Shown piece by piece: positions 41,250 through 56,000 of a stretch of DNA of 64,000 bases. Origin of the DNA: Bugula neritina (taxonomy: Eukaryota > Animalia > Bryozoa); assembly GCA_964035545.1 (NCBI GenBank), contig OZ037767.1:24444628-24508627 (forward strand). The letters run 5' to 3'. Within the stretch, counting starts at the first letter, position 1. Every line of letters starts with the position of its first letter. The notes under the pieces are model-generated. The model had not been told where the DNA came from. It saw nothing but the letters and a program-made list of their open reading frames with translations, and made no database searches. A program made the translations under genes and the position numbers.

Positions 41250-42970
41250 AACGTTTTACGTTGCGTCATACATTCCGTCTTCATGCAACCAGTGCCCAGA
41301 AAGCGAACTTTACTGAAAGAAGCAATCTTTCGAGCTTTTGTTTAAAAAGTTAAGCTAAATTTTCAAAAGTATAAGACTTTTGAATTAATGCAGTAGGTCT
41401 ACCAGGTAAGAAATTTATTTCCAGTATCTAACTTGATTAACTACAATAATGCTATATTTTAGTAACAATTATTTTTTTTCAACTTCAAGTTAATTTCAAA
41501 AATTAAAAAGTCATGATAATTTAAAAGAGTACATCAATGTATGTAAACTTAATGATCATTGTTGTATTTATATTTATATTTAGTAGTTATATAATTGTTG
41601 GATTTCAAAGACTATAATATTTATTAATTATTAGTTTGTTGTCACATACTAAAGAGTTATGTAAATTCTGTCCCTACAAATTGAGTGCAAGTTGTTGAGG
41701 ATTGGTTGTAGACTAAATTCTTGTATGTATTTTATGAATCTAATAGCAAGCAGACTTAAATAACTCTGCTAATATGGATAAGATTTATTACTTATCAAAT
41801 AGAAATAGGAAAAAAATCTTGGTAACAAAAATTGCAGTGCATGAGTGAAGCACAAATTTTAGAGCCTAAAAGTAAAAAAAGTAGACTAAAAATAGTTAAC
41901 ATATTGAAGTAAAAACAATCAGAATAACTGCTCATGGTCATTTACTAAATAAATTATATTCCTAGGAACAAATTTTGACACGAAAATGGCAGAACGAGAG
42001 GAGGAAGAGAGTTGAAGAGCTCAATTTGCTTGGAAATTTACGCTTTCTACATATCTTAGTATAAAATGGCATTATTACTACAGCTACTCTAATCTATTAG
42101 GTGATTGCATTGCATTGGTCACTTCTCATTAGAACAATGTCATTGAATGGCAATTTAAAATTGCTTTTTTAATTTGTAAGAGTTGGTTTTCGAAAGCAAT
42201 TATGGAAACAATCTGCAACTACTTATTTATAGTACCTTTATTTTGTTTGTCCAATTAAATGAATCACAATAGATAATTGCGCAAATTATTAAAATTATCT
42301 TCATTTTATTTTCTTAGAACTGATTCTTAAAGTCCGTTGTCATTTTCCGGCTAATGCTTTTGTAGAAGTTTGAATTTTAAACTTAAAACAGATATAATAC
42401 TGTATTAAATAATGTTTACATTTACTTGTGTGTAATTAGTTCTGTTGTATTTATTGCATGCCTTCTTTTTGTAGCTATAAAGAATTGTCAAACCTACTTC
42501 TACATTGAAAATCAGCAAATCCTTACTCAAAATCATCAGAAAAAAGGTATTTGGAGTCACTACTAACAAATACAGAGATAAGAACAGAGTTGAGTGCACA
42601 GATGTAATACTATAAGAATGTAATTAGAAGCTAAATGTATCATATCTTGGTGGCAAAGTTATATAAGTAAGCTATAGTCCTATCATATATTAACAGCTGC
42701 AGAGAGCCATTTTGAACAAATTAAAAAGTTTTTTGAGTATTTATTTATTTAGTAGTGAGAGGATAAATCTCAAAAACAAGATATGTACTACACATTGGGT
42801 ACAGCCAACAAGTAATGTGAGAAAATGAAACTTAAAATTACAGTTGCATATCTCGCTTTTCTAGTAGTCTTAGGCACTTATTTTATAATGTGTCTGTTGC
42901 AGTTGTGATGCAATAACACTAGCATGCTGGCTTGTATTTATTTTACTTGATAGCTTTTAAAATAAAACCC
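41250..42970 (+). other. Putative spliced plus-strand transcript lacking a long ORF (lncRNA, micropeptide gene or pseudogene)
   Basis: CpG patch near 41250-41330; donor CAG|GTAAGA at 41405/6; branch-like TACTAA plus acceptor TTCCTAG at 41965; AAAATGG starts a 9-codon ORF; further acceptors near 42317 and 42902; AATAAA near 42961. Confidence 0.35.
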
Positions 42971-44987
42971 ATTTTAAGCTAAATAATATATAGGTCAGTA
43001 AAACTGTATATATAATTCTTCACAGTGCAATGACAAATGTGAATGAACAATAATGCACTTTAAGAGAAACTTGGATTGTCCTTGCTACTATATAATTCCA
43101 GCTAATTTGAGAACAAAAATTAGTAAATTAAGTTTTATTTGCTGGTCATTTTTTTTCGTTGTTGTGTTTTTTCTATTGGCCATTTGTGCACCATATTTTG
43201 CTTTCTGTGCTTCCTCTGTGGAAGTTGTCTTCTTTTTTACAATAGTATTGTTTTACTCCAGTTTTTCACACATCTATAACAGACATGGATCCAACAACTT
43301 TTTTATTTGGATTTAAAAAATAAGTTTTTGACTTTTCACATCTTGGAAGCATTTTAATGAACTCTTCAGCAACTGCGAAATTAGTTCCAACAGTGTCTCT
43401 CATATGTTTTTTCAAAATCCTCATGCAGTGTGAAGTTGAGAATTATAATTGATGTGCGTAGTCTTAGCTAAAAGAAAGTTTGCATGTCTAATATAATTTA
43501 ACCTGCATGAAGTTTAGACGGAAGTTGTTGATTATTAGTATGCAGAGTCAGGAACAAAAAATAAAATATTTACTTTTTAGTTTGGTGAAATTTTTATTTT
43601 AGATATAAACTAGACTAGATTAAATTATAAGACACCAAATAAGGCAAAAATATCTTTGTTTTGCAGAGTGCAAAGTATGCCTGAAATGCATTAAATAAAT
43701 TTAGGCAATATAAACAAAATAGTACGTATAAATTAATGAAATACTAATTAACTCATATTGAGAAACTTATCTGGTCTTGCAATTTTTTTAAGCTGCTTTT
43801 TTAACTTGCCTGATGACTATCTTTGCACCAGAACTATAGAACTATAGAACTATAGATATAGTCAAAACTCATGATGCATCTTCTTGTCATTTGCTTTCAT
43901 CTTTGTCCTACCATTTTGCTCCACTTTTTCATTTCGCTTCATCCGTGGTCATGCCAGTTTGTTTTTTCAGCAATTTTGCAAAATTAGCAACCTGAAGCAA
44001 ATATTTTTCTTAAATAAATTTTTAGGAGGAAAATTTTATAACACAGGTCTTGAGATTTTAGTTGAATGTTGGAAAACTTTTCACTGTTTCAACGTTTTTC
44101 CACTTGCTTCCGTAATTCTCTATATTCTTATTATTGGCAAGCCAACTTTCAAACACATTTGATAAAAAATACACGCAGTAATAAATCTGGTAAGATAAGT
44201 TCTTCATCCTGAGGGAGCTAAAGCCAAATATTTATTTGAAAACGAAACAATTACTAGAGTTTAGTAAATTTTGAACGACGTCAGATCTTTTATTTTAAGG
44301 GAGAATCTTCCAAAGCAGTAACGTAACTGAGTAGTAATCAGAACACTGAAGTATAGAGATGATAATATTACTATTATTAATATTCATTTGAGCAATGGTG
44401 GAGATTAAGGCTATCAAAAACAGTGCTTAAAAATCAAGTGTGTGCTCCAAGCATATATATAGTTGAAAATAGAACAATTGATTTGTGTAAAGTGAAGAAG
44501 AAAATATTTATTTAAAAGAAAAATTAGCAAGATGAAGTTATTTAATAAATTTTGAATGCCAGATCATCTAGCCCGAGGGAGAATCCTCCAAAACATCCCC
44601 TGTAACCATAACAACACAACTCAATATTAAACAGACTACTGTACAGTATAGAGATGATAATATTACTATTATTAATATTCCTTGAGCTGTCAGATACAAA
44701 CTCATTCAGTGGAGTTTTGTGCACTTGATATGTAAAGACTCTTATACAGTTATAATATAATCACATGCATCATTCTATCATTGTATTTCCACGTTAAGTT
44801 TTTTTGTATGAGACTTTAACCAAAAGTACAATTTTTAGCTCCTCCACCTTTTCTCTAACTTCAACTGCCTTCTTAATTCAAAAAATGTTTTCATTTATTT
44901 CAATGATGGTTCGAAGTTAGAAATGTGAAACAAATAGGCCTACTGCATGTTTACTGTTATAGTTTCCAAAGCAAATTCTATAATTAC

Positions 44988-47900
44988 CCTCCATAACTTT
45001 TATTTTCCTCGTCTGTGCTGACCCCTCTGTCCATCTGTTGCACTTTGTTCTCGATCATCAAACTTCAAACACACAACAACTTATATTTATAGATGTCCTA
45101 AACTTTTTAAGTAAATTATATTATAATATTATGCTGCATAACAATTATATAATATATTAAATTATGTTATATTATAAGATGTTACATTAGATCATACTAA
45201 TTTGAACATATAGTGTGCACACTAAAGCATGCTTTTAAAATGAAGTAAATGAGAGCTAAACCTCTGCATGCTGTGAAATTTGTGATTATAAATTGAAAAA
45301 TAAATTTTTTAGAACCGGTATAAATAAAACTTATAAACTGCATAATACACAGCAACACATTAAATTAAACTTGGAGCCCAATAAAACTTTGGGTTTCCAA
45401 TAACTATTCAAAGTGCATGTAACTAGGTATGAAAACTGTTTTAATACCTGTTATATACACACGCGACATTGAAAAAAAACTTATGAAATAGCAAGCACTT
45501 TTTAAAATCTTACCTGGCTACTTTCCACTCATGCCAGACCTCTACAAATATAAAAAGTATCTACTACTTTATCTACATGGTGTGTGCGTATAAAATTCAG
45601 AAAAAAATTTGACCTTGAATAAGAAATATGCTTTGTTGTACAAATAACATGAATGGATCTTCAAAATAGATAAATATAATCTAATACTGACTTATTTTAT
45701 GAACATAAGGTTTGTTGGTAAATTAAACAAAAAACCAGCTAATTACCTCGTATACACTGTATTCTGTGACTAGAGTGCACACCAGACTACATAGTCACTT
45801 ACAGGACTGCTAAGTGGGTGACAACTTTTTGTGGCCAACAGCAACTGAAAGTCAGCCACAATTATGAACCAAATAAAAGAGTTAATAGCAACAAACATAC
45901 CTTAACCTGCTGCAGGTAGTTTACCTGAGCCTTCAGTCTGATAAAATATAAACAAGAGTCTGATAAACAATAAACAAGATTAGACAATTAACTCTGACCA
46001 ATATTATATAGCTATCACACAGCTGTTTATAACAGTATTGTAAATACTACATGCAATTGTCATGTTCTACTCAATATTCACTTCTGCTATATGAACAGAT
46101 AGTTCAAAGAGAGTGATATGCATGATGAGTGTGTTGAAATAAACTACATTATGCTGATTGCATGGCAGTTGTTTGTGAGAGCTAGTGTTTGAAGATTCAG
46201 TATATTAACTGTGTTTCTCTTGCTTTGAGTGGATTCACAGGAGCATTCTTTTACAGATAGATTTCTGGTTGCAGTTTGCATTAACTTATGATTGCAGCTT
46301 TATTTGATGCAATTATTTCCATCAGAGGAATAAAAAATTAATAGCAATGGAAATGCGGTGACTTTCATATATTTATATGTTATTGGATGAATTAAGTTTT
46401 AAGCTCACCCTTTGCTTTCTTTCTTTATTTCTTTCACATAGTTCTTTCCAATCGCCAGCTCGATTCTATTCCTCTGTGAAAACCACAAATTATAAAACAA
46501 ATAGATAACAAACAATAATAGACCAAATGCACTGGTTTTCATATATATTTAGAATTTATTGGGTAGGCTACATTTTAAGCTCACCCTTTGTTTTCACCCT
46601 TAGCATCTTTCATGTAGTTCTTCCCGATGGCAAGTTCAATCTTATTTCTCTGTAAATATAATACAAATTATAATACAAATAGATAACAAACAATAATAGA
46701 TGGTTGCAGTATTCAAAGAGGCTGCTTTTAATAACATGTAAAGTGACTAATGTATATGAGGCCTTGAGCATGTAACCAATTAATAGGTTAATATTTTGAC
46801 ATTAGAATAAATGAGTTGTAAGTTTGCTTTAGTATATGAAATGTGGCAGATAGATACGTTAGATGAAGTAATTAGGTGAATGAGAGAATGTGATGTCCAC
46901 GTAGTCAGCAGTGTTAGCTGAATAACATGACTCATAGACCAAATTCACAAGTTATACTAATAGTGCACACTTTTACTTATCGTTAGTTGCCTTTCATCTT
47001 TCTTCGATCCTTGTTCTGCAGCAAAAAATAAAAGCAAAAACTTATTTTGGTGACTGAAAATCCAAAATATTATTAAAGCATATATGTTGACAATGTTTTA
47101 AATAGCTTAATGCATTTCTATTTTCAACAATGCAAGCAGCTTTGGTAAAATCTAAAAACTGTAATATTTTTAATTTAAGAAGTTTCACAAAGTCAAAGTG
47201 TAGCCAAAAAATTCTAGCAATCTAGAAATTTAAACAGCTCAGGTTTTAAATGTTGAACAAAATTAGAGCCAATAAGCATTTCATAGTTGAATGTTAAATG
47301 CTGTTTTTCGTTGATTCTACTTGCTGCACCTCTAAATTATTATCTACCAGAGTGAGTATACCAATCTATATGACTACTTTTGTATTACTCAAGAACATGA
47401 CTTCACAAACTTCATGAATAAACATTTTCAAAAGCAAGCATAGAAACTAATCCCAAAAATTGATTTTTGACTCAAGATCATAAGTTTGAGCTGCCATATA
47501 GTGACAAATTTAATAATTTTTACCAGTTTGCTTCAACACTGTCTAGACTTTCACCTGTTGAGTTGATTATATAAAACTTCTACACTTCTAATACAAACAC
47601 AACTAGTTTTGTCATCGAAAATCTAAAACTCACTCTTCCCACTTGGCCTTGTCTCTTTGATGTGCCAAAATGGCTTCGGACATCTCCGAGTTTGTCTTGG
47701 CTCTATAAGAAGTTAAGGTACTTATAAATATAGCAAAAAATAGTAAACGTGTTCTACACATTCAACTTGAGCAGTTGATATACGTTGAGATAAAAAAGTT
47801 TAGCAGGAATTTTTACGATTGGGAACTAAAAAGCATGCAAACCTCATATCACTTTAAAAAGCATGCAAAATTCATATCATTTTAAAACTGCAATTCATTT

Positions 47901-49104
47901 TAAAATTGATCCCACCACTTATATACAAGGCCAATTCAATTCATTTTAAAATTACCATTCAATAAGAACTTCATGTACTAATTGAGAACCTATATCTAGA
48001 ATGTTATAATAACTTAACCGGGAATCTCTCTCCTCCATCATCTCAGTTTTCAGCTACAAAGGTAAAAGGTAAACAATATTTTAAGATTTGTAACAGAATA
48101 ACCTGAAATGCTATTTTTAGTTGATTCTATTAGAGTGAGTATACCAATCTATATGACAAGCACACAAAGTATTTCAAGTATTAATTTTGTGATTTTAAGG
48201 TGTCTATTTTTGTATTGCTCAAAAAACATAACTTCACAAGCTTTATGAATTCAACTCCTATATTTCTCCTGAAATAACTATGACCTTACTTGCTTCAAGC
48301 ATTTTCAAATGCAATTATAGTATTTTTTCTTTCGAAAGACTTGCAGAGGTTCACATAACTTGTTTTTTCACTTCATTTCTGACTGAAAATCATGAAGATA
48401 TGAACGCATCTTGATTACTTTCTGTTCATCTGGTGTCTTCGATTTGTTGTGAAAATTTGCAAATGAATGTAAAATACTTAAAAGGTAAAAGAACATCAAA
48501 TGGCATTCTTTCAAAACTGTTTGCATAATACATTCATCATATCAGAGGCAATGATGTTAACTACTGATGCACAATTAAAAAAATGATATATTAAATTTTT
48601 GTAAATATAGCAATTTACAGGATGATTATTAAGCATCAGAACTAGTTTTTCAATGTAAAGGCAATAAAATATTAGACCTGATGGTGCAACCAACAACAAT
48701 TTTTTCTCCTAAAAAATTTCTGAAGCAATTAATATTATGCTTTTAATTATTTTAGTTTTAAAATACCAATGCATTATATCTATACAAAAACTACTATATT
48801 TTTGATGTTGTATTTTCATCTCAAACCATGTATACTTTAATGTTTAGCAACAATTAAGTTCAAATGTTGTATGCACTTAACCATTGCTGTTTTTCAAATA
48901 ATTATGATTTTACTTGTTCTGGGTAATTTTCAAAAGTGTATAATATTATTATAGTAAGCTGCTGGTGACAATTTTGTTTAATTATATTCATTTTCTATGC
49001 AATTTATGTAATTATAATGAATAATAAAAATTTAATTCCTACTCCTCCCACTTTCTCTTCCATGTTCCACATTGGCAGCAGGTATTCCAGACTGTGCCTT
49101 GGTG
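44988..49104 (-). CDS. Short-exon, charged coiled-coil-like gene; model incomplete, possibly decaying
   Basis: Short GT-AG bounded exons that mostly chain in phase: PRHSLEYLLPMWNMEEKVGG|LKTEMMEERDSR|AKTNSEMSEAILAHQRDKAKWED|VEVLYNQLN ... RN(K/R)IELAIGKNY..KG|LKAQVNYLQQVK ... VWHEWKVAS|LMIENKVQQMDRG. The junction near 47000 could not be put in phase; start and stop were not found. Confidence 0.5.
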
Positions 49105-50024
49105 CTAAAAATTAGAGAAACAAAAGATTATAAATTAACTTGGTGCTCTCTACATTGAACTCTTATGCAATCGATAATAGTTTCACTCTCTTATTTTGGA
49201 GTTATCCATTCATTGAGTTAAAGTATTATTAATTACCATTACCACATAAAAATTATCTGTTAAAGTCATTTATAACATATAAATTAGTCAGTGATATTAA
49301 AACTTGCTAGTCAATCTTGCTTGGAGTTGAAATTAGTTCTTGATGGCAATATCATTTCAAGTGCTAGTTTTGACATGGTTTTCTTGCAGCAATGCAATGG
49401 AAGGAAACTTACATCTTAGACATGCAAATATCGCCTTTGCAAAATAAGTTAAAATTAACTCCTACTAGAGAATAAACAGGTGGGAATTGGTAAACAAAGC
49501 TATATATTTGTCATGTTTCCTTCAATCTACAAGTCTGAGATAAGCCTACTAAAGTCTAAAAAATAGAAAAGACGGAAAATTTTGAAATTAAGTTTGACTA
49601 AATTTTGCTACTTAAGCTTTTGCTACTTAAGCTTTTGCTACTTAAGCTTTTGCAGAGAAAAACTCCTTCAAGTTAAACTATAAATGATATAAAAAAAACC
49701 AGCAATTAGCAACTTAGCTAGTGAGCCAAGACAAAACAAAATTACAAAAAGTAGAAAGGCTATACACTACATCAAAACTTTGATAAATAAAAGCATTAGG
49801 CTGCAAGGTTAACAAATTCTAACAAGTGGACAGAACATATGCTGTTAAGTATCGAAAATAACTGAATTTTAAAAACGAATAAAACATTTACTAAATCATT
49901 ATAATGACTTTCATTACAAGAAAAGCTTAAAAGTTACCCTGAAAAACAAAAACAAAACAATACATGTAAAAAAATAAGCACAACAAGTAAGTAAAAGCTT
50001 TGTCAGAGTGAAACAGTTGTATAG

Positions 50025-53000
50025 CTATATGGCGGGCTCCTTGAATAAGAAATTGCCATCTGGTAGAAACCTGTCTAAGCAGGAATGGTGTCCAGGTATG
50101 GGGCATTTAGTAAATCTTTTTGTGGCATAACTATAATAGCTCCATATGTTGTTTGTTTGTAAACTCTGCTTATTTTGCGAGGTGTGCTGCACGTGTTGGT
50201 AAATCTCCACACCATACCTGTGGCCAGAGCAGAAAATTGCATAATATATCATATAATATAATATATTATATACGTAATATTAGCATATAACATATTATCA
50301 TACAATATAATAGCATATAATATATTATGTGATAATATATTATATGATAATATAACATATCGTATAATATAATTATATAATGACATATGTAATATATGTA
50401 ATGTAATATGTAATATAATATAATATATTGGCATATATAATATAACATCCTACAATATACTATCATATAATACAGCACAGTAACTTCTGTAAGTAAACAT
50501 ATAATGAGCCTAAAAAAACATTTCATCTGATGCTGAAGTGTCTAGAAACTTCATTTTAAATTAAACATCAAATAACCATTAGGTATGGTTATAACTGACT
50601 TACATATTTCTAGCAAACAATCCAGGGCTGATGGTAGCTTCCAAATAGATGCCATGTAACTGGACAAATGTAGGAGTGATATTGTACGCAGCAGGCGTTT
50701 GTAAAGGGTCTGCAAAGACTTCAATGGTCCAATGATGTCTACTAAGACGCTTGTATCCCTTAGCAGCTTGAGACTATAACATACAAGCCAGTACATCAAA
50801 AGAAGCAAATAGACACTGGCCTGTTCACCATTTTTCAAAAACTTTCAAAGAAAAAGCTATAAAAAGCTTTGAGTTGAATAGGCTAATGCTGCATGTATAT
50901 GCTGATTTCACTCTCTTTTTACTACTCAACTACCTAACAGTATTACATAATAAAACTTACTATCATAGCCTTGCATGGCCGCAGCAGAAATTTTATACCC
51001 ATAATACACAGAAGACTTGAAAGTTCAAGAAAAAAAGGAATATTTAGCTAATGAATAACGTATGTAGATCATGCTCAACAAACAAGCTCAACACAGACCA
51101 CCGCCTTCAAGATAGACCAAGCAGGTAATTTTGACTTCTCAGACTCTGGTAAGAAGAGAATATGGAGAGGGAGGTGGCTAGGATATAGGGAAGCCAGCAT
51201 AAACTGTCACAGGGAGGGAAAAGCACCAACCGAATATATTTGCCAAGAGAACAAGCTGAAGGCATCATCCTTCCAAGGGCATCTCAACCATGACAACTTA
51301 TTAAGAGAATTTGATGATTATTTTGTTTTGATGTTGAAAATAACTTTATTGTTCAGGGGGAAATTTAACAACTTTATTTAAAATATTAATAGCATGGATA
51401 TCTTTATAAATGAGCTTTACGGAACAGCGGAATATTGTGAGTATGGAACTCTCAGGGAAGGGCAAATAAGGGACAGAATAGTGGTTGGAGCTGATGAAGA
51501 CCAGCTTAGTGAGAAATTACAAGCTCAAGAAGACTTCACTCTGGCCAATGCAATCCAGATAAGAAGGAGATATGAAGCAACTAGCCAAGGGAATAGAAAT
51601 TGTTATAACATCCATCATCTTGTCCCTCCCTGCAACACACAGCACTATCTAGATTCTAGAACAACTACAGACAAAGCAGTAGGAAGGCGCGGGAAATACC
51701 TCAAGTATTACACTTTGGTAACCATGGATGGCTTAATTATCCTTCTGGTGTAAAAACCATACTATATATATGACTTCTAAATTACTGAAAATTTACTGCT
51801 GTATACAAAGAAAGAATAGTTATGTAACCCATATGTGAAAGAAATGATATTATAAAATGCATACACACTGGACATCTAAGAACACAGAAATGCTAAGCAA
51901 GACACTTGGTATGATGGCCTGGGATCTTACAAGATATAGTGGAGTTAATGAAAAGCTGTAGAGCTTGCCAAAAACATCAACCACAATGAACCATTGAAAC
52001 CAACTATACTTCCTGAAAGACCTTGGCAACTCATTTCAATATATTTATTTGACTTCAAAAAAATAAAACAAAACCCGCATCTTAGTAGTAGATTACTACT
52101 CTAGCTACATTGGAAACTCTGCTTTCAAGTACCACCAGCAGAGTTGTTATTAACTCACTTAAATCCATGGTATACATGGAACAGTGCCAGCCAAGAACTC
52201 ATATGGCTTCATGAACATAACAAGCTAATGAAGAAGTCAAAAAGGAAGTGTGAAAACTGTGAAAAACCTCATACTTAGCTTTGCTATCATATCACAACAC
52301 ACAGTGGACACACGCACAGACTTACCAGTAGACTCCATAACACTGATGCCACATACACTGGACCACGGCTTAATAAGTGCAACAATTCAGAAATATAAAA
52401 TAAAATTTCATCTGACAAGCACCACCAAAAATATCACAGCCTACATACATATTGGAGCTGATTGTTTAGAATAAATGAATTAGATTAAAAAGGGATCATC
52501 AATTCGCACAAACAGCAGACAAACTAAACATCAGACAATTTCAATAGTTTTATCAGTTTTTCACAAATTCAAAAGTAACTGAAAACAGTTGATGAAAATA
52601 ACTTTCAAATATAACTGTATAAAAATATGTCATATCAACACTAGAGAGTGGTTGAAGGTGCACACCAAAGCTGTGTGAAACAGCTATATCAAGGAATTTA
52701 TAAGCAGAGATGACATACCAGTGAGTAACCATGATCAATAAAATACTGATCCAAGGTGTTGAAAGCTGTAATGTTATCAGGGTGAAGGAGAATGTCAGCA
52801 TCATTGTCCCATGGTATGATGTCAGCAAACTTGACAGCACCTAGATTGGTGCCTGCATTAAGCTGGCATATCATACCCTCATTCTGAAATGCAATAACTT
52901 CCCTATATTATTATCTGAGTTTCACCCATTAGCATATGTTAGCACATAGCATATGTTAGCACATAGCATATGTTAGCCTATAGCATAGGTTAGCGTATAG

Positions 53001-56000
53001 CATACTTCTCTGCAGCTAAAGATACGGCAGAGAATAGCAAGTGCTCTAATACCCACCCTACATTTTTCCATAATAAAATTTATGCCGTTTGTCAATTCAT
53101 CCTTACAGCAGAAGGACATGGATCGACCGACCACGTCTTTAGCGTCACAAAATGTTTTTGCTTCTTTGCATCCAAATTTCAACAGTTTCTTGTTTGGTAA
53201 GCGAATTCGCTCCACCTGCGCATAAAAAAACACAACACTAAACTTTCAAAAAGACAAAAATCTGCCAAAGTAAAACAAGATTGGAGACACCACCCTAGTT
53301 GTGTTCCAATTACTTTACTGTAGCTCAAATATGACTTTTATAGCGAAGTGAGGCAAAGGTCATTAGTAGTGGTGGGCATATTAACCACTGAAACATGCTA
53401 GGTATGACAACTCCCATCAGCTTATAGGCATTAGTTAAAACAATCATATGCTTCATCTGACATATGTTCACATCTTCAAGTATAAAACACTTGGAGTAAA
53501 ACTGATCAGATATGAGATTTACCTCATAGACACAAGTTGAGAGCAAAGGCCACCCACCCTGAAGTAATTGGTAACAAAATGCTTACCTGAAGAGCTGAGG
53601 CTACACCTAGCCACTGCTCCTTCTCAGTTGGTTGACTAGCTTCATCAGTTACAAAGGACATAACGTCAGGACACGACGCCGCCAGCAAGGATAACTCCTT
53701 CAGTTTCAGAAACCAAACAGCGAAAGAGCTGGTAGCTGTCATGCCAGCTTTAAGGGGAATCTGAAAGAAAGACTTTTTCTATCATGACCTGATGGAACAA
53801 CTATAAATTTTACAATTAATTACAAGATGAGCAATATATTACAGTACATGCAATTTATCAAACGTTTAACCTTGCCATAAATTTTGCAATCACTGCTCTC
53901 TTGCGGGTTTACCATTTTCAAATTTGCATTTATTCACTAGAAGTATTTCATAACATGAAAAATAAGTAGCAAAAAACTACAGTAATAACATGAGTTTATT
54001 TTCCAACAGAAAATATAAGTGTAGATAACTGGAGTTGTCCCATTAAAATCACTGAAGTGTGTCGCAGCCAACTGATATATTCAAGAAACTCGTAACGAAT
54101 AATTCCAGTAGAATTATCACCTTTTTAAAGAGTGATGCTTTGGCGACAAAAGGTCCTCTAACATGATGACACATGAGACATTCCTGCCGTGATTTCATAT
54201 AGCCAGATCTATATACCAGCTGATAGTTATACAAAACAGATTGGTCACAGCCATTGCTCCACTGTAATATATTACAATATATAATAGAGATAGTTCCTAA
54301 AAACTTCAAATTATTATTAAAATTCATCTCATCATTTAGTGTACACAACCGAAAGTGTTAGAAAAAAGAAGTTTCAAAGTGACTAGTAATAGAGAAATAG
54401 TGTGCAGATTTTACCACTAATTTGTTATGGATATATTAGACAGCTAAGCTTCCACTACCACAAAAGAATGTGAAAACTTGGTAAACAAAGTAGAAACAGT
54501 CTTCATCATTAGTATAAGAACACAGCTAGAACTCTATACTGTAGCAAGCAAGTTAACCAGCAAAGATATGAGGTACATTAGAAGCTTGATGAGCGAAATA
54601 TAAACATAGGGCCACACGACGTGCGAGAAAACCCGTTTAGACATGCCACATACAATGCGAGTGAGGAAATTTATTAACTAATGATGTTAGTGTTAAACTT
54701 TACTGCTCGCCTACAGATGTTTGTTTTTAAAACTACGTCATCGGCAAAGTGACTTTAGATATTATAAAAGCAGAAATGTAAACTATATGAAACTTTTTTA
54801 ATTCAGTTAGCTAAAAGCTAAAACGTGAATTAAAATAAAAAAGTGTGCTCGCTAAATGATAATAAGCCAATTAGTTTAAACATGCACGAGCTTGCCGCAC
54901 TTCTCGCTCAGCATGTTAGACGCATGAAAATTCCGCACACGACGTCTCATTTTTGAGCTAAACGGGTTTTCTCGCACATCCCGCGCGTGTAAAACACGTC
55001 GTGTGGCCCTACGCTAAGAATGAAAGTAAACTAAGAAAAAACACTTGTACCTGTGTCAACTGAACTGAAATAGACAACAAAAACACGCAAATTGTTAGGC
55101 ATGGTATGATAGGTACACTGACATTATATTAATACACGACAGTCAATCCATTTAAACCTGAGCAATGCTAAAGCAATTTACACCAAAAAGAATATTACTA
55201 ACATATGAGAATTTACTGTATAATACAAACAAATATTGTAAAAATATCAACTTATAAGATTACTTATTTACTACCTGCAGAATTTATAACTTAAAGGCAA
55301 CGATTTAAAAACTATTTCCATCAACTTCAAGTCAAAAATTATGCAGGTATGTAGGTTTGAGCTTTGTAAAAAATCACCAAACCAGTTCATATACACAGCA
55401 TGTATTATGTAGAGCTGCAATAATTCTAGCAAAAATAAATATAGTTTCAACAAGGTTGAATGAGAAAGCATTGAGTGAGTTGCAAAGGCGTGAGATAGAT
55501 AATTATTTCAGTGACACATAGTAGTAATTATCCTAGTCGGATAATGTTTCTCAACCATCAGACACTATGGAAGTGCGATGGGAATAACATAAAGTTCTTT
55601 GAAAAGCAAATACTGACATGTTTCATTTAGCAGCAAGCAGACACAGCAAGCCAACAAAAAATACATGAAAAAGCAAAAAATCAACTTCAGCAACACCTGA
55701 GCATGAGCGAGTGATAGGAATGTGATAATTTTTGTGTAGAAATTGAAAGAAATATTCCCCAATGACACTATGTTGGCAATAATTAAAAACCTTGCCAAAA
55801 GTTTAAAGTAGCCTTGAAAATTCTCAACATATCCATTACAGCTATATTGATAACGTAAGAGATATTAGCAATTGATTCCCTGCCCTGGCAAGTCTTTTAG
55901 ATAAGAGTTTAGGCTGCTGTGTGAAGTAGTTTAATATAACGAACGCTGACCAACTTAAGAAATATAGGCCCAAACTTTTTTCCTAAGTAGGACAGTCAAC

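Noticed and set aside
42090-42170. H/ACA snoRNA-like hairpin followed by AGAACA
   Set aside because: No convincing second hairpin or ACA box; would need an Infernal scan.
44568-44690. Tail-anchor transmembrane terminal exon (GILIIVILSSLYCTVVCLILSCVV)
   Set aside because: Hydrophobicity arises largely from AT-rich periodic sequence, the duplicate at 44280-44390 does not keep the frame, and it could not be linked in phase.
53007-53016. 4- or 10-nt micro-exon in the FKRP-like gene
   Set aside because: The donor AGG|GTGGGT at 53057 already joins NEGMICQL in phase 0, so no micro-exon is needed.
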